Shown piece by piece: positions 1 to 9,875 of a stretch of 64,000 nucleotides of DNA. Numbering within the stretch: the stretch's first letter is position 1; each line of letters begins with the position of its first letter. The stretch lies in the NCBI GenBank assembly GCA_011605725.1, contig JAAOZP010000017.1:32001-96000 (forward strand), in the 5' to 3' direction. This stretch comes from Nitrososphaerota archaeon (GTDB lineage Archaea; Thermoproteota; EX4484-205; JAAOZP01). The position numbers were made by a program, and so were the translations under genes. Under the pieces are notes generated by a model. It saw only the letters and a program-made list of their open reading frames with translations. It did no database searches and was not told the DNA's origin.

Positions 1-178
1 ATATAAAGAATACTAGTGCACGCAGTCCTTCTACCAGTAATGTTTCTGCTTCAAGCAAATTGTCTAGCTTCTTTTTTTAGGCTATAAAACTGTTTTTCGT
101 CAGAGATAAGATTTTAACGACATTTGTCTAACTGCTTCATTAGGGAAGAACAATTCCCCTTTTTATTGGCATAAATCT

Positions 179-640
179 CTAAATAGGGATATTGAAATCC
201 TCTTTAACCACGGTTAAGACGAAATGAGTATTGGTCCTCTCAACGTTCGGCATTGAGAGAATTCTCTTTGTAAACCTGCTTAACTCAGCCGGGTTCCTAA
301 ACTTGCTTATCACTATGGCGTCAACATCCCCAGTGACATCGTAAACAGCGCACACACCTGGCAGCTCAGCCAGCTTCTTCTCCACCTCCACGAGTTTACC
401 TTTTGAAACCCTTATCTCAGTAACACTGGTAACTGAGAACCCGAGTTTCTCGTAATCAACGCTTAAAGTATACTTTTTCAAAACCTTGTTTTCCTCCATT
501 CTTCTAATTCTTGCTAGAACCGTTCCAGGAGCGACTCCAAGCTCGTTAGCTATTTTCCTGTAGGACATTCTGGAATCAGTCATAAGCTGCCTGAGTATCT
601 TCAGGTCCAGTTCATCCAAGGCTGGCTCCGTTGAAGACAT
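179..640 (-). CDS. Lrp/AsnC family transcriptional regulator
   Basis: N-terminal HTH (LDELDLKILRQL...SYRKIANELGV..GTVLARIRRM) and C-terminal RAM domain (VYDVTGDVD). Confidence 0.95.
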   Translation of the reverse strand: MSSTEPALDELDLKILRQLMTDSRMSYRKIANELGVAPGTVLARIRRMEENKVLKKYTLSVDYEKLGFSVTSVTEIRVSKGKLVEVEKKLAELPGVCAVYDVTGDVDAIVISKFRNPAELSRFTKRILSMPNVERTNTHFVLTVVKEDFNIPI

Positions 641-669
641 GACTAACCATACTAGTGTAAGGTTATAGG

Positions 670-1887
670 TTATAAAAGTTTACTAACCATGCTGTTCAAC
701 TTTTCAAGGAAGCCATGCAGAATGTTTTCATACTCTGTTAAGTCTCTTCCACCCGGATAGTTAACATATTCGCAGACATGCGAGACTTCGAACCCAGCTT
801 CGCCAAGCTTTGATGAAAGCTGGTTTGCCGCAGTCCCTCCCCAAAGCTTCGTCACAGTCACCGCTGCAAGTTTTCCACTACCGATCTTCTTTATCCGGAG
901 AAGCTCGACAATGCTGCTTAAAGGGGGAAACACGTTCCCCTCGTAGGTTGGCGTTATGAAGATTACCCCTGCCGAATCAACTACGTCGGTTAAAACATTA
1001 TTTACACTGCTGACCACAGCGTTATGGACAGCAACCTCGTCAACCATATTCTTAACGACTTCGCATGCGTATTTCGCAAGCTGCTCCGTTAAACCGTACA
1101 TAGAACCATATATAATCGTTACCTTCTTCCTACTCTTTAGCGTGCACCAGGAGGTTAACTCCTTAATAAATTCAGGTATCCTGCTTCTTAAAACAATTCC
1201 ATGGGACGGAGCAATCATCCTCAGGTTTAAACCAAGTTTTCCAATCTTGTCTAATGCCCTCATAACCATTTGTCTGTATGCTGCAACGACTGTTGCAAAA
1301 TACTCCTTAGCACTAAGCATGTATTGCTCGAAGTCGCACTCATCGTCGAAAACAGGCTTCTCTAAAGCGCCGAATGCTCCGAAAGCATCGGAGCTAAACA
1401 GGATACCCTCGTCCTCAAGATAAAGGAACATGGTGTCGGGCCAGTGTATCCAAGGAAGCTCGATAACCCGAAGCTTTCTTCCACCGACTCTTATAGTATC
1501 GCCATCTTTAACAATCCCTGTTTCAACGTTAAACATACTCTTCATGAAAGAGGAGGCTCTTAACGTGGAGTATAATGCGGGGTTACCTATTCTTTTTGAA
1601 ATCTCGCCTATAAGACCACTATGATCAGGCTCCGAATGTAAAACGGCTATATGCTTTATTCGATTCAAACCCGAGACCTGATTTAGAAGGCGCAATATTT
1701 CTTCAACATTATAGACGTTTTTAGAAGAATCTATTAAAAGATACTCATCGTCGTCAGCAACCAAGTAAGAATTGTAGTTAACTCCGCTAGGTATTGGCCA
1801 CATGTTCTCGAAAAGCCTAGTGTTAACGTCAGGTATGCTCAGCCAATAAACCCCTCTGCCAATAATCCTCCAAGACGGTGTGTACAT
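670..1887 (-). CDS. fprA: A-type flavoprotein / flavodiiron protein (MBL fold + flavodoxin)
   Basis: YNSYL, HSEPDHSG di-iron motif, HWPD, SDAFG, and flavodoxin motif YGSMYGLT. Confidence 0.92.
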   Translation of the reverse strand: MYTPSWRIIGRGVYWLSIPDVNTRLFENMWPIPSGVNYNSYLVADDDEYLLIDSSKNVYNVEEILRLLNQVSGLNRIKHIAVLHSEPDHSGLIGEISKRIGNPALYSTLRASSFMKSMFNVETGIVKDGDTIRVGGRKLRVIELPWIHWPDTMFLYLEDEGILFSSDAFGAFGALEKPVFDDECDFEQYMLSAKEYFATVVAAYRQMVMRALDKIGKLGLNLRMIAPSHGIVLRSRIPEFIKELTSWCTLKSRKKVTIIYGSMYGLTEQLAKYACEVVKNMVDEVAVHNAVVSSVNNVLTDVVDSAGVIFITPTYEGNVFPPLSSIVELLRIKKIGSGKLAAVTVTKLWGGTAANQLSSKLGEAGFEVSHVCEYVNYPGGRDLTEYENILHGFLEKLNSMVSKLL

Positions 1888-1900
1888 GCTAAACCTTTTT

Positions 1901-3193
1901 TTAAAAACGCTTTAAAAGGTTTCTCCGAATCGGAGCCTTAACAAAGCCCCGGGGCTTTTGCCTAACCCCAGTCAAGATAAAAACGCTAACCATGAGGAAA
2001 AACGCGGAGGCCAAGAAAGCCGAGTCATATCCATGAGTCTCAATAATCAAGCCTCCGACGATAGGAGCAATCGCCTGAGGGATTGCTCTCAAGGCGCTGT
2101 TTAAACCTATGTATGTTGGCCTATCTTCCTCCGGAGCCATCTCCATCAGGAATGGGAAGCTTGAAACCATGAATGAACTGAAAGACGCTCCTGAGAGAGC
2201 AAACACCAGCATGAAGTAGCTTGTTGAAGAGGAGGCAAGCGCAGTGATGGTTGCTAAGATTCCAGCCATGTTCCCCGCTATAAGAACAGTCTTATGGCCA
2301 TATTTCTCCTGAATAAGCCCCCAGAGGATGTTGGTGAGTATCTGCGCCCCTACAAGGACTGATGTGAATAAGCCTATTTCGAAGCTGCTTGCCTTAAACC
2401 TATCTATAGCGTATGCCGTGTAGAATGAAGAGGCTATGGCTCCGAAGGAACCGATTATTCCTGAGAACGTGTAAAACATGTAGTTTCTGTCATTCTTAAT
2501 AATCCTCGGGATCTTGCTGAAGTATTCTCTGACGTCACGCTGGTTTCCAACAGCGTTTGAAGGCGGCTCGTCTATAAACATGATGTCCAACCAAGATATG
2601 GAGACAAGTATGAATGCAGTCAGAAAGCACATAGCATAGTTAACTGGGTATTTGAAGAAATCCATGTAAAAAGCCACAGCAATACCGCTCGCCAACCCTA
2701 AAACTGATGAAGCAAAGTTTGCAGTTGCGAAGAAGAATCCTCTCTTCTCCTCAGGAATAGCCTTTGCAACAATATCTAGCCAAGCTGTGGTGCATAGTCC
2801 TGCAGAAACATTTATCGTAATATATGAAGCATATAGCAGCAGCAGAGTTAATGAAGGATCTTTTTCAGCAAGAAGTAGAGTTGAGAAGGCAATTATCAGC
2901 CACGGTATTCTTTCACCAGGAGTTATTTTAAGTAGAAAAGGCTTCTTATACCTCCTCATTTCTACTCTTCCTGCTGAAACCAGCTGGAAAAAATTCCATC
3001 CAAAAACCGATATTGTTGAGATCAGTCCAACAGCGATTTTAGAATCCGTTAGACTCATTACAAAGGCGGGGAGAACAGTAGTTATGGAAACGAAGTTCAT
3101 GGCTGAACCATACGCCATCCAGTCTATAAGCAGGATTAGAAGGTTTCTCCTATACCTTTTTTCCGAAGCCTTATCGCTAGGTGTCTCGGCCAT
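1901..3193 (-). CDS. MFS transporter
   Basis: About 12 hydrophobic segments; motif A-like WGLIQEKYGHK; PEEDRPTY. Confidence 0.88.
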   Translation of the reverse strand: MAETPSDKASEKRYRRNLLILLIDWMAYGSAMNFVSITTVLPAFVMSLTDSKIAVGLISTISVFGWNFFQLVSAGRVEMRRYKKPFLLKITPGERIPWLIIAFSTLLLAEKDPSLTLLLLYASYITINVSAGLCTTAWLDIVAKAIPEEKRGFFFATANFASSVLGLASGIAVAFYMDFFKYPVNYAMCFLTAFILVSISWLDIMFIDEPPSNAVGNQRDVREYFSKIPRIIKNDRNYMFYTFSGIIGSFGAIASSFYTAYAIDRFKASSFEIGLFTSVLVGAQILTNILWGLIQEKYGHKTVLIAGNMAGILATITALASSSTSYFMLVFALSGASFSSFMVSSFPFLMEMAPEEDRPTYIGLNSALRAIPQAIAPIVGGLIIETHGYDSAFLASAFFLMVSVFILTGVRQKPRGFVKAPIRRNLLKRF

Positions 3194-3292
3194 TTATGAA
3201 GCCTCCTTATAAAAACCGGATTTAAATTTGTTTTCCCGTTTCACCTCCACTGAAAAACTTATTTCATCCCTCCTTATAATGGGAATGATGGA

Positions 3293-3832
3293 ATGTCCTA
3301 TGTGAAAATTGGAGAATGCACCATAAGGCTTGTGAAAGGCGATATTACAAAACTGAGAGCCGACGCGATCGTTAACGCTGCTAACAGTCTGCTTAGACAC
3401 GGAGGAGGCGTAGCGGCTGCAATAGTCCGGGCTGGAGGCAGGATTATTCAGGAGGAGAGCAACAGGATAGTTGAGCAAAGAGGACCCGTGAAAGTTGGGG
3501 AAGCAGTTTACACTACAGCAGGCTCCTTACAGGCGAAGTATGTTATTCACACAGTCGGTCCAAAGATGGGAGAGGGCGATGAGGATGAGAAGCTTCGAAA
3601 CGCCACGCTCAACAGTTTGAAGCTTGCTGAGCAGTTGGGTTTAAGCTCAATAGCATTTCCAGCAATATCCACAGGCGTGTTCGGCTACCCTAAGGATAGG
3701 TGTGCGCAAGTAATGTTAAGGACGATCAGGGAATATGTTTCTTCAGGTGGAAAGATCAGGGAGATCATACTCTGCCTGTATGATGATGAAACATACAGGG
3801 TTTTTGAGGAAACACTCTGGAAAATGTTTTAA
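3293..3832 (+). CDS. Macro domain protein (ADP-ribose binding / O-acetyl-ADP-ribose deacetylase)
   Basis: GDIT, AIVNAAN, GGGVAAAI, HTVGP, AFPAISTGVFGYP motifs. Confidence 0.95.
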   Translation: MSYVKIGECTIRLVKGDITKLRADAIVNAANSLLRHGGGVAAAIVRAGGRIIQEESNRIVEQRGPVKVGEAVYTTAGSLQAKYVIHTVGPKMGEGDEDEKLRNATLNSLKLAEQLGLSSIAFPAISTGVFGYPKDRCAQVMLRTIREYVSSGGKIREIILCLYDDETYRVFEETLWKMF

Positions 3833-4013
3833 GTTTCTTGTTTAAGTATGTGGGATTGCCAGTTTGTCAACCCTGTTTTAGATATGTCTAGCGACTAAAA
3901 GCTTTATGAATTGTATTTAACCGACTAATGTTCACTCAGCTCCTTAAGACGTGGGAACCGCGTTAAAAAGTTTTATATAAAAAATCGGATTAGCGTTCAC
4001 AGATAAGACTGCC

Positions 4014-5099
4014 ATGAGGATTGGGAGAGGCATAAGGGTTAAAAAGCTACTTGGAGAGGGTGTTTTGAGAATACTCAGGACAAGAAACCTTGTTGACAAG
4101 ACTCTCCGGATTAAAAGAAACGGGGATTTTCTAGTCATACCTCTCACCATGGAGGTTCAGAGGGAGGAGTTGAGAAAGCTGGGTGTTGAAGGGGATTTGG
4201 TGGTTGAAGGGTTTGAGGAAGCCACTAGTACGCCGAGCCTGTTTGAAAACCTTAGAAATGTTTTATCTGATGACGATTTAAAGATCGTGCCGCGATCGTA
4301 TGATGTGATTGGCGACGTCTGTATTCTTCAGCTTCCTAAGGAACTGTATGACCGTCGCAAGATAATTGGAGAAGTGTTTCTAAAAACCATGAAGAACATA
4401 AGAATGGTGCTTAACAAGACTGAACCTCTTTCTGGCGAGTATAGGGTTGGTGGATACGAGGTTTTAGCCGGCGAAGGAAGCATGGAAACAGTCTACCGGG
4501 AGCATGGTTGCATTTTTAAACTCGATATTTCAAAAGTCTTCTTCACACCGCGGCTCTCAGCCGAAAGAATAAGAGTGGCCTCACTAGTTAAACCTGGAGA
4601 AGTTGTCTGCGACCTTTTCGCTGGAATAGGGCCTTTCAGCATAATTATTGCGAAGAAAAACCCTAGCGTAAAGGTTCATGCTTGCGACATAAACCCATAC
4701 GCCTATAAATACCTTGTTGAAAACATAAGGTTGAACAGGGTTGAAGACAGGGTTAAGGCGTATCTTGGAGATGCTAGAGAACTGTCTGAGAAGAGTTTGA
4801 AAAACGTTGGTGACAGAATTATTATGAACCTACCGATGAGCTCTGAAATGTATCTTGATGCAGCTAAGAATGCGCTTAAAAAACGCGGGGGAATAGTGCA
4901 TCTTCACGTCTTCCTAGAGAAAGATACTGATCCTGATGAAAAATATGCAAGGATTTCAGAATCGTTCAGAAGGCTTGGCTGCGAAACCAAGCTCTTATCC
5001 TCAAGAAGAATAAGGGAGGTTGCTCCCTTTAAATACCATTGGGGTTTCGACATAGAGGTTAAACCGGAAAACGCTGAGTTACAGGCTTCCAGTTCCTAG
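4014..5099 (+). CDS. trm5: Trm5/Taw22-family tRNA (G37) methyltransferase
   Basis: SYDVIGD, REHGCIFKLD..KVFF.PRL..ER, DLFAGIGPF SAM motif, IIMNLP. Confidence 0.88.
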   Translation: MRIGRGIRVKKLLGEGVLRILRTRNLVDKTLRIKRNGDFLVIPLTMEVQREELRKLGVEGDLVVEGFEEATSTPSLFENLRNVLSDDDLKIVPRSYDVIGDVCILQLPKELYDRRKIIGEVFLKTMKNIRMVLNKTEPLSGEYRVGGYEVLAGEGSMETVYREHGCIFKLDISKVFFTPRLSAERIRVASLVKPGEVVCDLFAGIGPFSIIIAKKNPSVKVHACDINPYAYKYLVENIRLNRVEDRVKAYLGDARELSEKSLKNVGDRIIMNLPMSSEMYLDAAKNALKKRGGIVHLHVFLEKDTDPDEKYARISESFRRLGCETKLLSSRRIREVAPFKYHWGFDIEVKPENAELQASSS

Positions 5100-6172
5100 T
5101 TGGAAGCGGGTTCACCTGTCTGTATCAATAAAGATTTATTTAGGTCTATTTTGACAACAACTCTTCTTCCAACCATTCCAGATACCGCTTCATACTCGGA
5201 GGAATCATTCCCAGCGCATTCAATCACACCCTGGCTTGTTTTAACACGCGTAACTATTTTCCTACCTGCAAAAAGTGTGCTTAAAAGCTCTCCCTCCAAC
5301 AGGCCTTCACCCTCCAGGCTTATTGAAGCATCTTCAGGTCTGAATAGGAGAACCATTTTCCCGTCCACCTTAGACCCATGCCACCTCATCTTAAACTCGC
5401 CGCTTGGAAAGACAAGTCTGATGGTTTCCATGTCTAGGCGTTCAACCCTGGTTTCAAGCCTATTAACGAACCCTAGGAACCTCGCGGTTTTCTCCGTAGG
5501 GGGCTTCACGTACATCGTGTAAGCATCAGCATAAGAATCTATGACTCCGTCGAACATCGTGGCTATAAAGTCGCCCATGGCGAATGCTTCAAGCTGGTCG
5601 TGTGTAACATATATTGTTGTAATGCCCAGCTTCCTCTGAATCGTCCTTATTACGCTGGATATTTCTGCCCTTAGCCCAGCATCTAGAGCAGTAAGAGGTT
5701 CATCCAAGAGCAGTAGCCTAACTTCGAACGCTATCGCCCTCCCTATTGCCACCCTTTGCTGTTGCCCCCTGCTCAGCTCGTGGGGCCGCCTCTCTTCAAG
5801 CCCGGAGAGCTCAACTAGTTCCACAACCTCCTTAACCCGTCTACCGATTTCCTCTGGACTCCTTCCCCTGGCCTCTAATGGGAATGCAATGTTCTCCCTA
5901 ACATTGAGGTTTGGGAATAATGCTGGGCTTTGGAAAACCATCCCGACGTTTCTCTCTCTAGGGGGGAGACCAGTCACGTCTTTCCCGTCGAATAGAATTC
6001 TACCCGAATCAGGCTTAAGAAGCCCCGCGATTATTCTGAGCGTAGTAGTCTTACCGCATCCGCTGGGACCCAGAAGAGCAAGTGTTTTCCCAGGCGGGAT
6101 GCTGAAACTGACGCCCCTTAACGCTTCAAAGTTTCCAAACCTTTTCCTTAGATCCTGTGCTTCAAGCCTCAT
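5096..6172 (-). CDS. thiQ: Thiamine ABC transporter ATP-binding subunit (ThiQ-like)
   Basis: Walker A GPSGCGKT, signature LSRGQQQR, LLLDEP, VTHDQ; operonic with the thiB/thiP-like genes under a TPP riboswitch. Confidence 0.8.
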   Translation of the reverse strand: MRLEAQDLRKRFGNFEALRGVSFSIPPGKTLALLGPSGCGKTTTLRIIAGLLKPDSGRILFDGKDVTGLPPRERNVGMVFQSPALFPNLNVRENIAFPLEARGRSPEEIGRRVKEVVELVELSGLEERRPHELSRGQQQRVAIGRAIAFEVRLLLLDEPLTALDAGLRAEISSVIRTIQRKLGITTIYVTHDQLEAFAMGDFIATMFDGVIDSYADAYTMYVKPPTEKTARFLGFVNRLETRVERLDMETIRLVFPSGEFKMRWHGSKVDGKMVLLFRPEDASISLEGEGLLEGELLSTLFAGRKIVTRVKTSQGVIECAGNDSSEYEAVSGMVGRRVVVKIDLNKSLLIQTGEPASN

Positions 6173-7813
6173 TCAAATCATCCTCACTCTTTCTTTTGAA
6201 AATTGCGACCCGGCTGTTTCAACAATAATTACTATTGAAGTGAGGAGCGAGGTTAAGGCTAACGCCAGGTTAAGCCTTCTGTAATCTATAAGCAGGTTGA
6301 TGGCTACTGGGATCGTCATCAGGTTGAGCGTGCTGAAGAAGGTTGAGAACGTGAAGTCGCTTAAAGACGAGGAGAACGCCATTAGAAGCGTCGCTACCAC
6401 GGCGGGCAGTATGAGCGGTATTTCAACCCTTATAAGCCTGAAGACGACGGTTGCACCATGAGCATCAGCAGCTTCACGGTATTCTTTAACTATTCTGCTC
6501 CAGGATGCTTCGATAATTCTGGTTGCAAGCGGCACGACTACTGCTGACTGGCCTATCACCATGAGCATCCAGCTTCCATATAGCTTGACAATGCCAAAGC
6601 CGTAGGATAGAAGTATTCCGAGGGCAAGTGATGAGCGCGACATTGTTAATGGAAGAACCATAAGTATGCTTACGATTTTCTCTAAAACACCGCCGGCAAG
6701 CTTTGAAGACCAAACTATCGCAACGGAGAGCAGTGTTGAAAAAACTGAGACGATGAGCGCTATCGATAGGCTTTGAAGAAAAATCTCGCTGAGGCTGAGG
6801 CCGAAGCCGAATTTAAAATCGCAAAGCTCCCTGAAAAGCAGCGGCACGGAGTGTCCTGCCTCTAAAAACGGGCCTACAACCGGTATCACGATGGGCGTAA
6901 GCTCGAAAACGCAGATGAACACCACGTATGCAGCCAGAAGAATCCCGCTGAAGCTTGAAAAGAGCTTTGAAACAGGTTCCTCAACATGACGCTCCACTGA
7001 GGAGGGGGCATAGTATTTTTCCCTTAAAAAAATAATTATGATCGACAAGAACAGTGTTGACGATAGTTGAAGCAGAGCTATGGATGATGAGACTGGTTTA
7101 AACCTGGTGGCGTATATCTCGACCTCAAGTGTTGTAAACTTTCCTCCCACGAGCATTGGTGTGGAATATGTTATGAATGAGAATGCGAACACAAGTAGTG
7201 AGGCAGCAACCATGTGCGGCGTTAAAAAGTTTAAGTATACTGTTTTGAAGACTCGTAGAGTTGAGCCTGAGAAAACCCTGGCGGCATCTACAAGGTCTTG
7301 ATCAACAGAGGAAAAGCCCTGTTCAAGAATGAGGGTTGCTAACGGAACATAGTATATTACGTGCGCCAGTATCACAGCCCACATTGAATATAGGATTTTA
7401 ACAACCGGCTCGCCTGTTGCGAAAATTTGGGAAAGAAGAGAGTTGACGATTCCTTTTTCCCCAAGCAACACTATAAGGCCCTCTGCTACTGTGAAAGCAG
7501 GGACAAAGAACGGTGTAAGTAAAACATACTCTAGAATCCTCTTTCCTTTAAACGAATACTTAGCTAGGAAGAATGCTAATGGGAGAGATAGAAGCAGGGT
7601 AATCAGCGTTGAGAAGACGGCTTGCATAAGAGTCCCGTAGAACAGCCTATGAATATAGTCGTCAAGAAGGATATTTACAAGGTCCTTCTGGTTCACGTTG
7701 CCTATTAGAAAGGATAAGGGCATCATGTAGAAGAAGAGCAGGAATAAAAAGAAAGGCGTGAAGATTAGAAGCTTCCTGATGATGCTCATCCGGTTTTTAC
7801 CTCTCTCCTCCAC
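6173..7813 (-). CDS. thiP: Thiamine ABC transporter permease (ThiP-like, two fused permease domains)
   Basis: Two EAA-loop motifs (DAARVFSG, EAADAHGA) and about 12 TM segments; overlaps the upstream binding-protein gene. Confidence 0.8.
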   Translation of the reverse strand: MEERGKNRMSIIRKLLIFTPFFLFLLFFYMMPLSFLIGNVNQKDLVNILLDDYIHRLFYGTLMQAVFSTLITLLLSLPLAFFLAKYSFKGKRILEYVLLTPFFVPAFTVAEGLIVLLGEKGIVNSLLSQIFATGEPVVKILYSMWAVILAHVIYYVPLATLILEQGFSSVDQDLVDAARVFSGSTLRVFKTVYLNFLTPHMVAASLLVFAFSFITYSTPMLVGGKFTTLEVEIYATRFKPVSSSIALLQLSSTLFLSIIIIFLREKYYAPSSVERHVEEPVSKLFSSFSGILLAAYVVFICVFELTPIVIPVVGPFLEAGHSVPLLFRELCDFKFGFGLSLSEIFLQSLSIALIVSVFSTLLSVAIVWSSKLAGGVLEKIVSILMVLPLTMSRSSLALGILLSYGFGIVKLYGSWMLMVIGQSAVVVPLATRIIEASWSRIVKEYREAADAHGATVVFRLIRVEIPLILPAVVATLLMAFSSSLSDFTFSTFFSTLNLMTIPVAINLLIDYRRLNLALALTSLLTSIVIIVETAGSQFSKERVRMI

Positions 7814-8811
7814 TTTTCAAGCCACTGTTCAACGCTTCCCGCAATCTCAGCGTTGAAGGTTACTTTCTCTGAAGGTATTGGAGCGTAGCTAAACAATTCG
7901 ACGGAAGCCTTAGGGTTAACAGGATACATGTATCCTTCAGGTGCAATAAGGTTCTGCGCCTCAGTGCTTAAAACGAACTCTATGAACTTCTTAGCTATTT
8001 CAGGATGCTTAGCGTTCTTAACTAAAGCTATGCCTTCCCTGTAAACAAATCCCTCGACAGCCATGCTTGTAAGGTTAGGAGTCTCCTCGTAACCCACGTC
8101 AGTGTTAAACATGGGTCCAATAGCAACCTCACCTTTTTTCAAAGCCATTATAGAGGAGGTCCAGCCTGAAGGATGAGTCTTAACATTATGCTCAAGCTGT
8201 TTTAGGAAGCTGAATCCTTCTTCAACACCTTTAACGGATAAAACCCATACTAAGAATGATAAGCCTGTTCCGCTTGAAGTCGGATCCTGGTAGAATACTA
8301 GGCCCTTATACTCTGGTCTAAGCAGGTCGTCAAGCCTCTCAGGCGGTGGAAGGCCTAGTCTGGCGAGGATACTGCTGTTGTATGTTATTATAACGTAGCC
8401 TTTATCCATAGGTATAACCGTGCCAGTATGATCCCATATTTCATCCACCGGTATCAGTGAAATATTCTGAGGCCTATACGGCTCTAAAACACCTGCATCT
8501 ATCAAGGTTTTCGCATAAAATTCAGGAATACCCATTATTACATCAGCCACTGGAGAATCTTTTTCAAGGATGAGCTTGTTAGCTATCTCGATTGAACCCA
8601 TGCCGTAGCTTATGAAAGTCACGTTCACGTTAGGATACCTGTTTTTAAACTCTCTCACAAAAGCCGTTGCGAGTCCTGATATTCCCCTAGGCCCGTAAAT
8701 TATCAACGTGTCTTCAAGCCTAGGCTGACTGAGTTGAAGATACAGTATTGAAGACACTATGGCTAGCACTGCAGCTGCCGAAGCCAGCATTATTCTCCAG
8801 CCTATTCTCAT
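7786..8811 (-). CDS. thiB: Thiamine ABC transporter substrate-binding protein (ThiB/TbpA-like)
   Basis: N-terminal anchor; LILEKDSPVADV, QDPTSSGTGLSFL, YMYPVN typical of ThiB/AfuA-type binding proteins; TPP riboswitch upstream; SD GGAGGTG at 8824-8818. Confidence 0.85.
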   Translation of the reverse strand: MRIGWRIMLASAAAVLAIVSSILYLQLSQPRLEDTLIIYGPRGISGLATAFVREFKNRYPNVNVTFISYGMGSIEIANKLILEKDSPVADVIMGIPEFYAKTLIDAGVLEPYRPQNISLIPVDEIWDHTGTVIPMDKGYVIITYNSSILARLGLPPPERLDDLLRPEYKGLVFYQDPTSSGTGLSFLVWVLSVKGVEEGFSFLKQLEHNVKTHPSGWTSSIMALKKGEVAIGPMFNTDVGYEETPNLTSMAVEGFVYREGIALVKNAKHPEIAKKFIEFVLSTEAQNLIAPEGYMYPVNPKASVELFSYAPIPSEKVTFNAEIAGSVEQWLEKWRREVKTG

Positions 8812-8856
8812 TTATCCCACCTCCTTTCATACTGGGCGGTAGAAGAAGGAGCGTCG

Positions 8857-8955
8857 GGTAGCTTCCCTACGCCGGTATTATCCGGATCAGGTTAATAGGG
8901 GTCGACCCCCATGCAGGGTCCTCTCAGCCGGGCTTCCCCAGCTCCCCCAGCTACC
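8857..8955 (-). ncRNA. TPP (thi-box) riboswitch aptamer
   Basis: Minus strand reads GGUAGCU-GGGGGA-GCUGGG-GAAG-CCCGGC-UGAGA-G-GACCC-UGCAUGG-GGGUC-GACCCC-UAUUA-ACCUGAU-CCGG-AUAAUA-CCGG-CGUAGGGA-AGCUACC. It contains GCUGAGA, ACCUGAUC, UAAU and GCG.AGGGA, with intact P1-P5 pairings. Confidence 0.95.
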
Positions 8956-8983
8956 GCCGTTAAGCTCCCTTATGAAACAATCG

Positions 8984-8992
8984 CTTTATAAG
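8984..8992 (-). promoter_or_regulatory. Probable TATA box of the riboswitch/thiBPQ transcript
   Basis: CTTATAAAG on the minus strand, about 26-30 nt upstream of the GGCGGUAG leader and aptamer start. Confidence 0.6.
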
Positions 8993-9065
8993 TATTACTC
9001 CTGCTGTTCCGTCAGCGTTTGGAAAAATATATAATGTTTACGTGTTACAAACAGGTTCTCAAGGA

Positions 9066-9875
9066 ATGACCAAGATAAACTATCACATTCACAGCACGTA
9101 TAGTGATGGACGGGCCTCAATACTGGAGTATGTTGAGGAAGCAGCTAGAAAGGGGTTTAACGAGATCGCCTTTACTGAACACTTAGCAATACGGCCAGGA
9201 TCAATGAAAAAACTGTATTACTCTATAGATGTCTCCAAGATAGATGATTATGTTAAAGAGGTTAGAGAGGCTGAGAAAAGTTTAAAGGGCTTAAAGGTGA
9301 AGGCGGGTTTAGAGGTCGACTACTTTCCAGGCTCAGAATCATTGCTTAAAGACATCTTAGGAAGCAACGATTTGGATTTCACCATGGTGAGCATCCATTG
9401 GATAGGCGAGTTTTGTCTAGACTGTGTAAAGTATAAGAAGGCTTTTCAAATCGCGGTTAGAGAAGAGGGTTTCGACAAATTCTACTCGAAGTATCTGAAG
9501 CTTCTTGGAGAAGCAGTGGAATCAGGATTGTTCAACGTTATTGCGCACTTCGATATAGCTAGAAACTGGGGTTTCAAAACCTCTAATGATTTTAAGATGG
9601 ATGAGCTCATGATCCTGGAAAAAGCAAGTAGCCTGGGAATGGTTGTTGAGGTTTCCAGCAAGGGGTTGAGAAACCCTGTTAACGAGCCGTATCCGACTCG
9701 GAAGATTCTAGAATACTGTAGCTCCATCAAAATACCGATTACACTTGGTACTGATGCCCATAGGCTGAGCGAGATCGACTCAAACTATGATTCTATAGTT
9801 GAGTATGCTAAGACTGCTGGTTACTCAGAGTTAGCCACGTTCGACAGGAGGAAGCTGACTCTCGCTCCTTTTTAA
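9066..9875 (+). CDS. PHP-family phosphatase, HisJ/HisK histidinol-phosphatase-like
   Basis: YHIHSTYSDG, FTEH, GLEVDY, SIHW, AHFD, GTDAH. ATG at 9066 preferred over GTG 9042. Confidence 0.85.
   Translation: MTKINYHIHSTYSDGRASILEYVEEAARKGFNEIAFTEHLAIRPGSMKKLYYSIDVSKIDDYVKEVREAEKSLKGLKVKAGLEVDYFPGSESLLKDILGSNDLDFTMVSIHWIGEFCLDCVKYKKAFQIAVREEGFDKFYSKYLKLLGEAVESGLFNVIAHFDIARNWGFKTSNDFKMDELMILEKASSLGMVVEVSSKGLRNPVNEPYPTRKILEYCSSIKIPITLGTDAHRLSEIDSNYDSIVEYAKTAGYSELATFDRRKLTLAPF

Noticed and set aside
1-58. Possible 5' end of a minus-strand gene (LLEAETLLVEGLRALVFFI)
   Set aside because: Only about 19 codons are visible; it cannot be supported or assigned.
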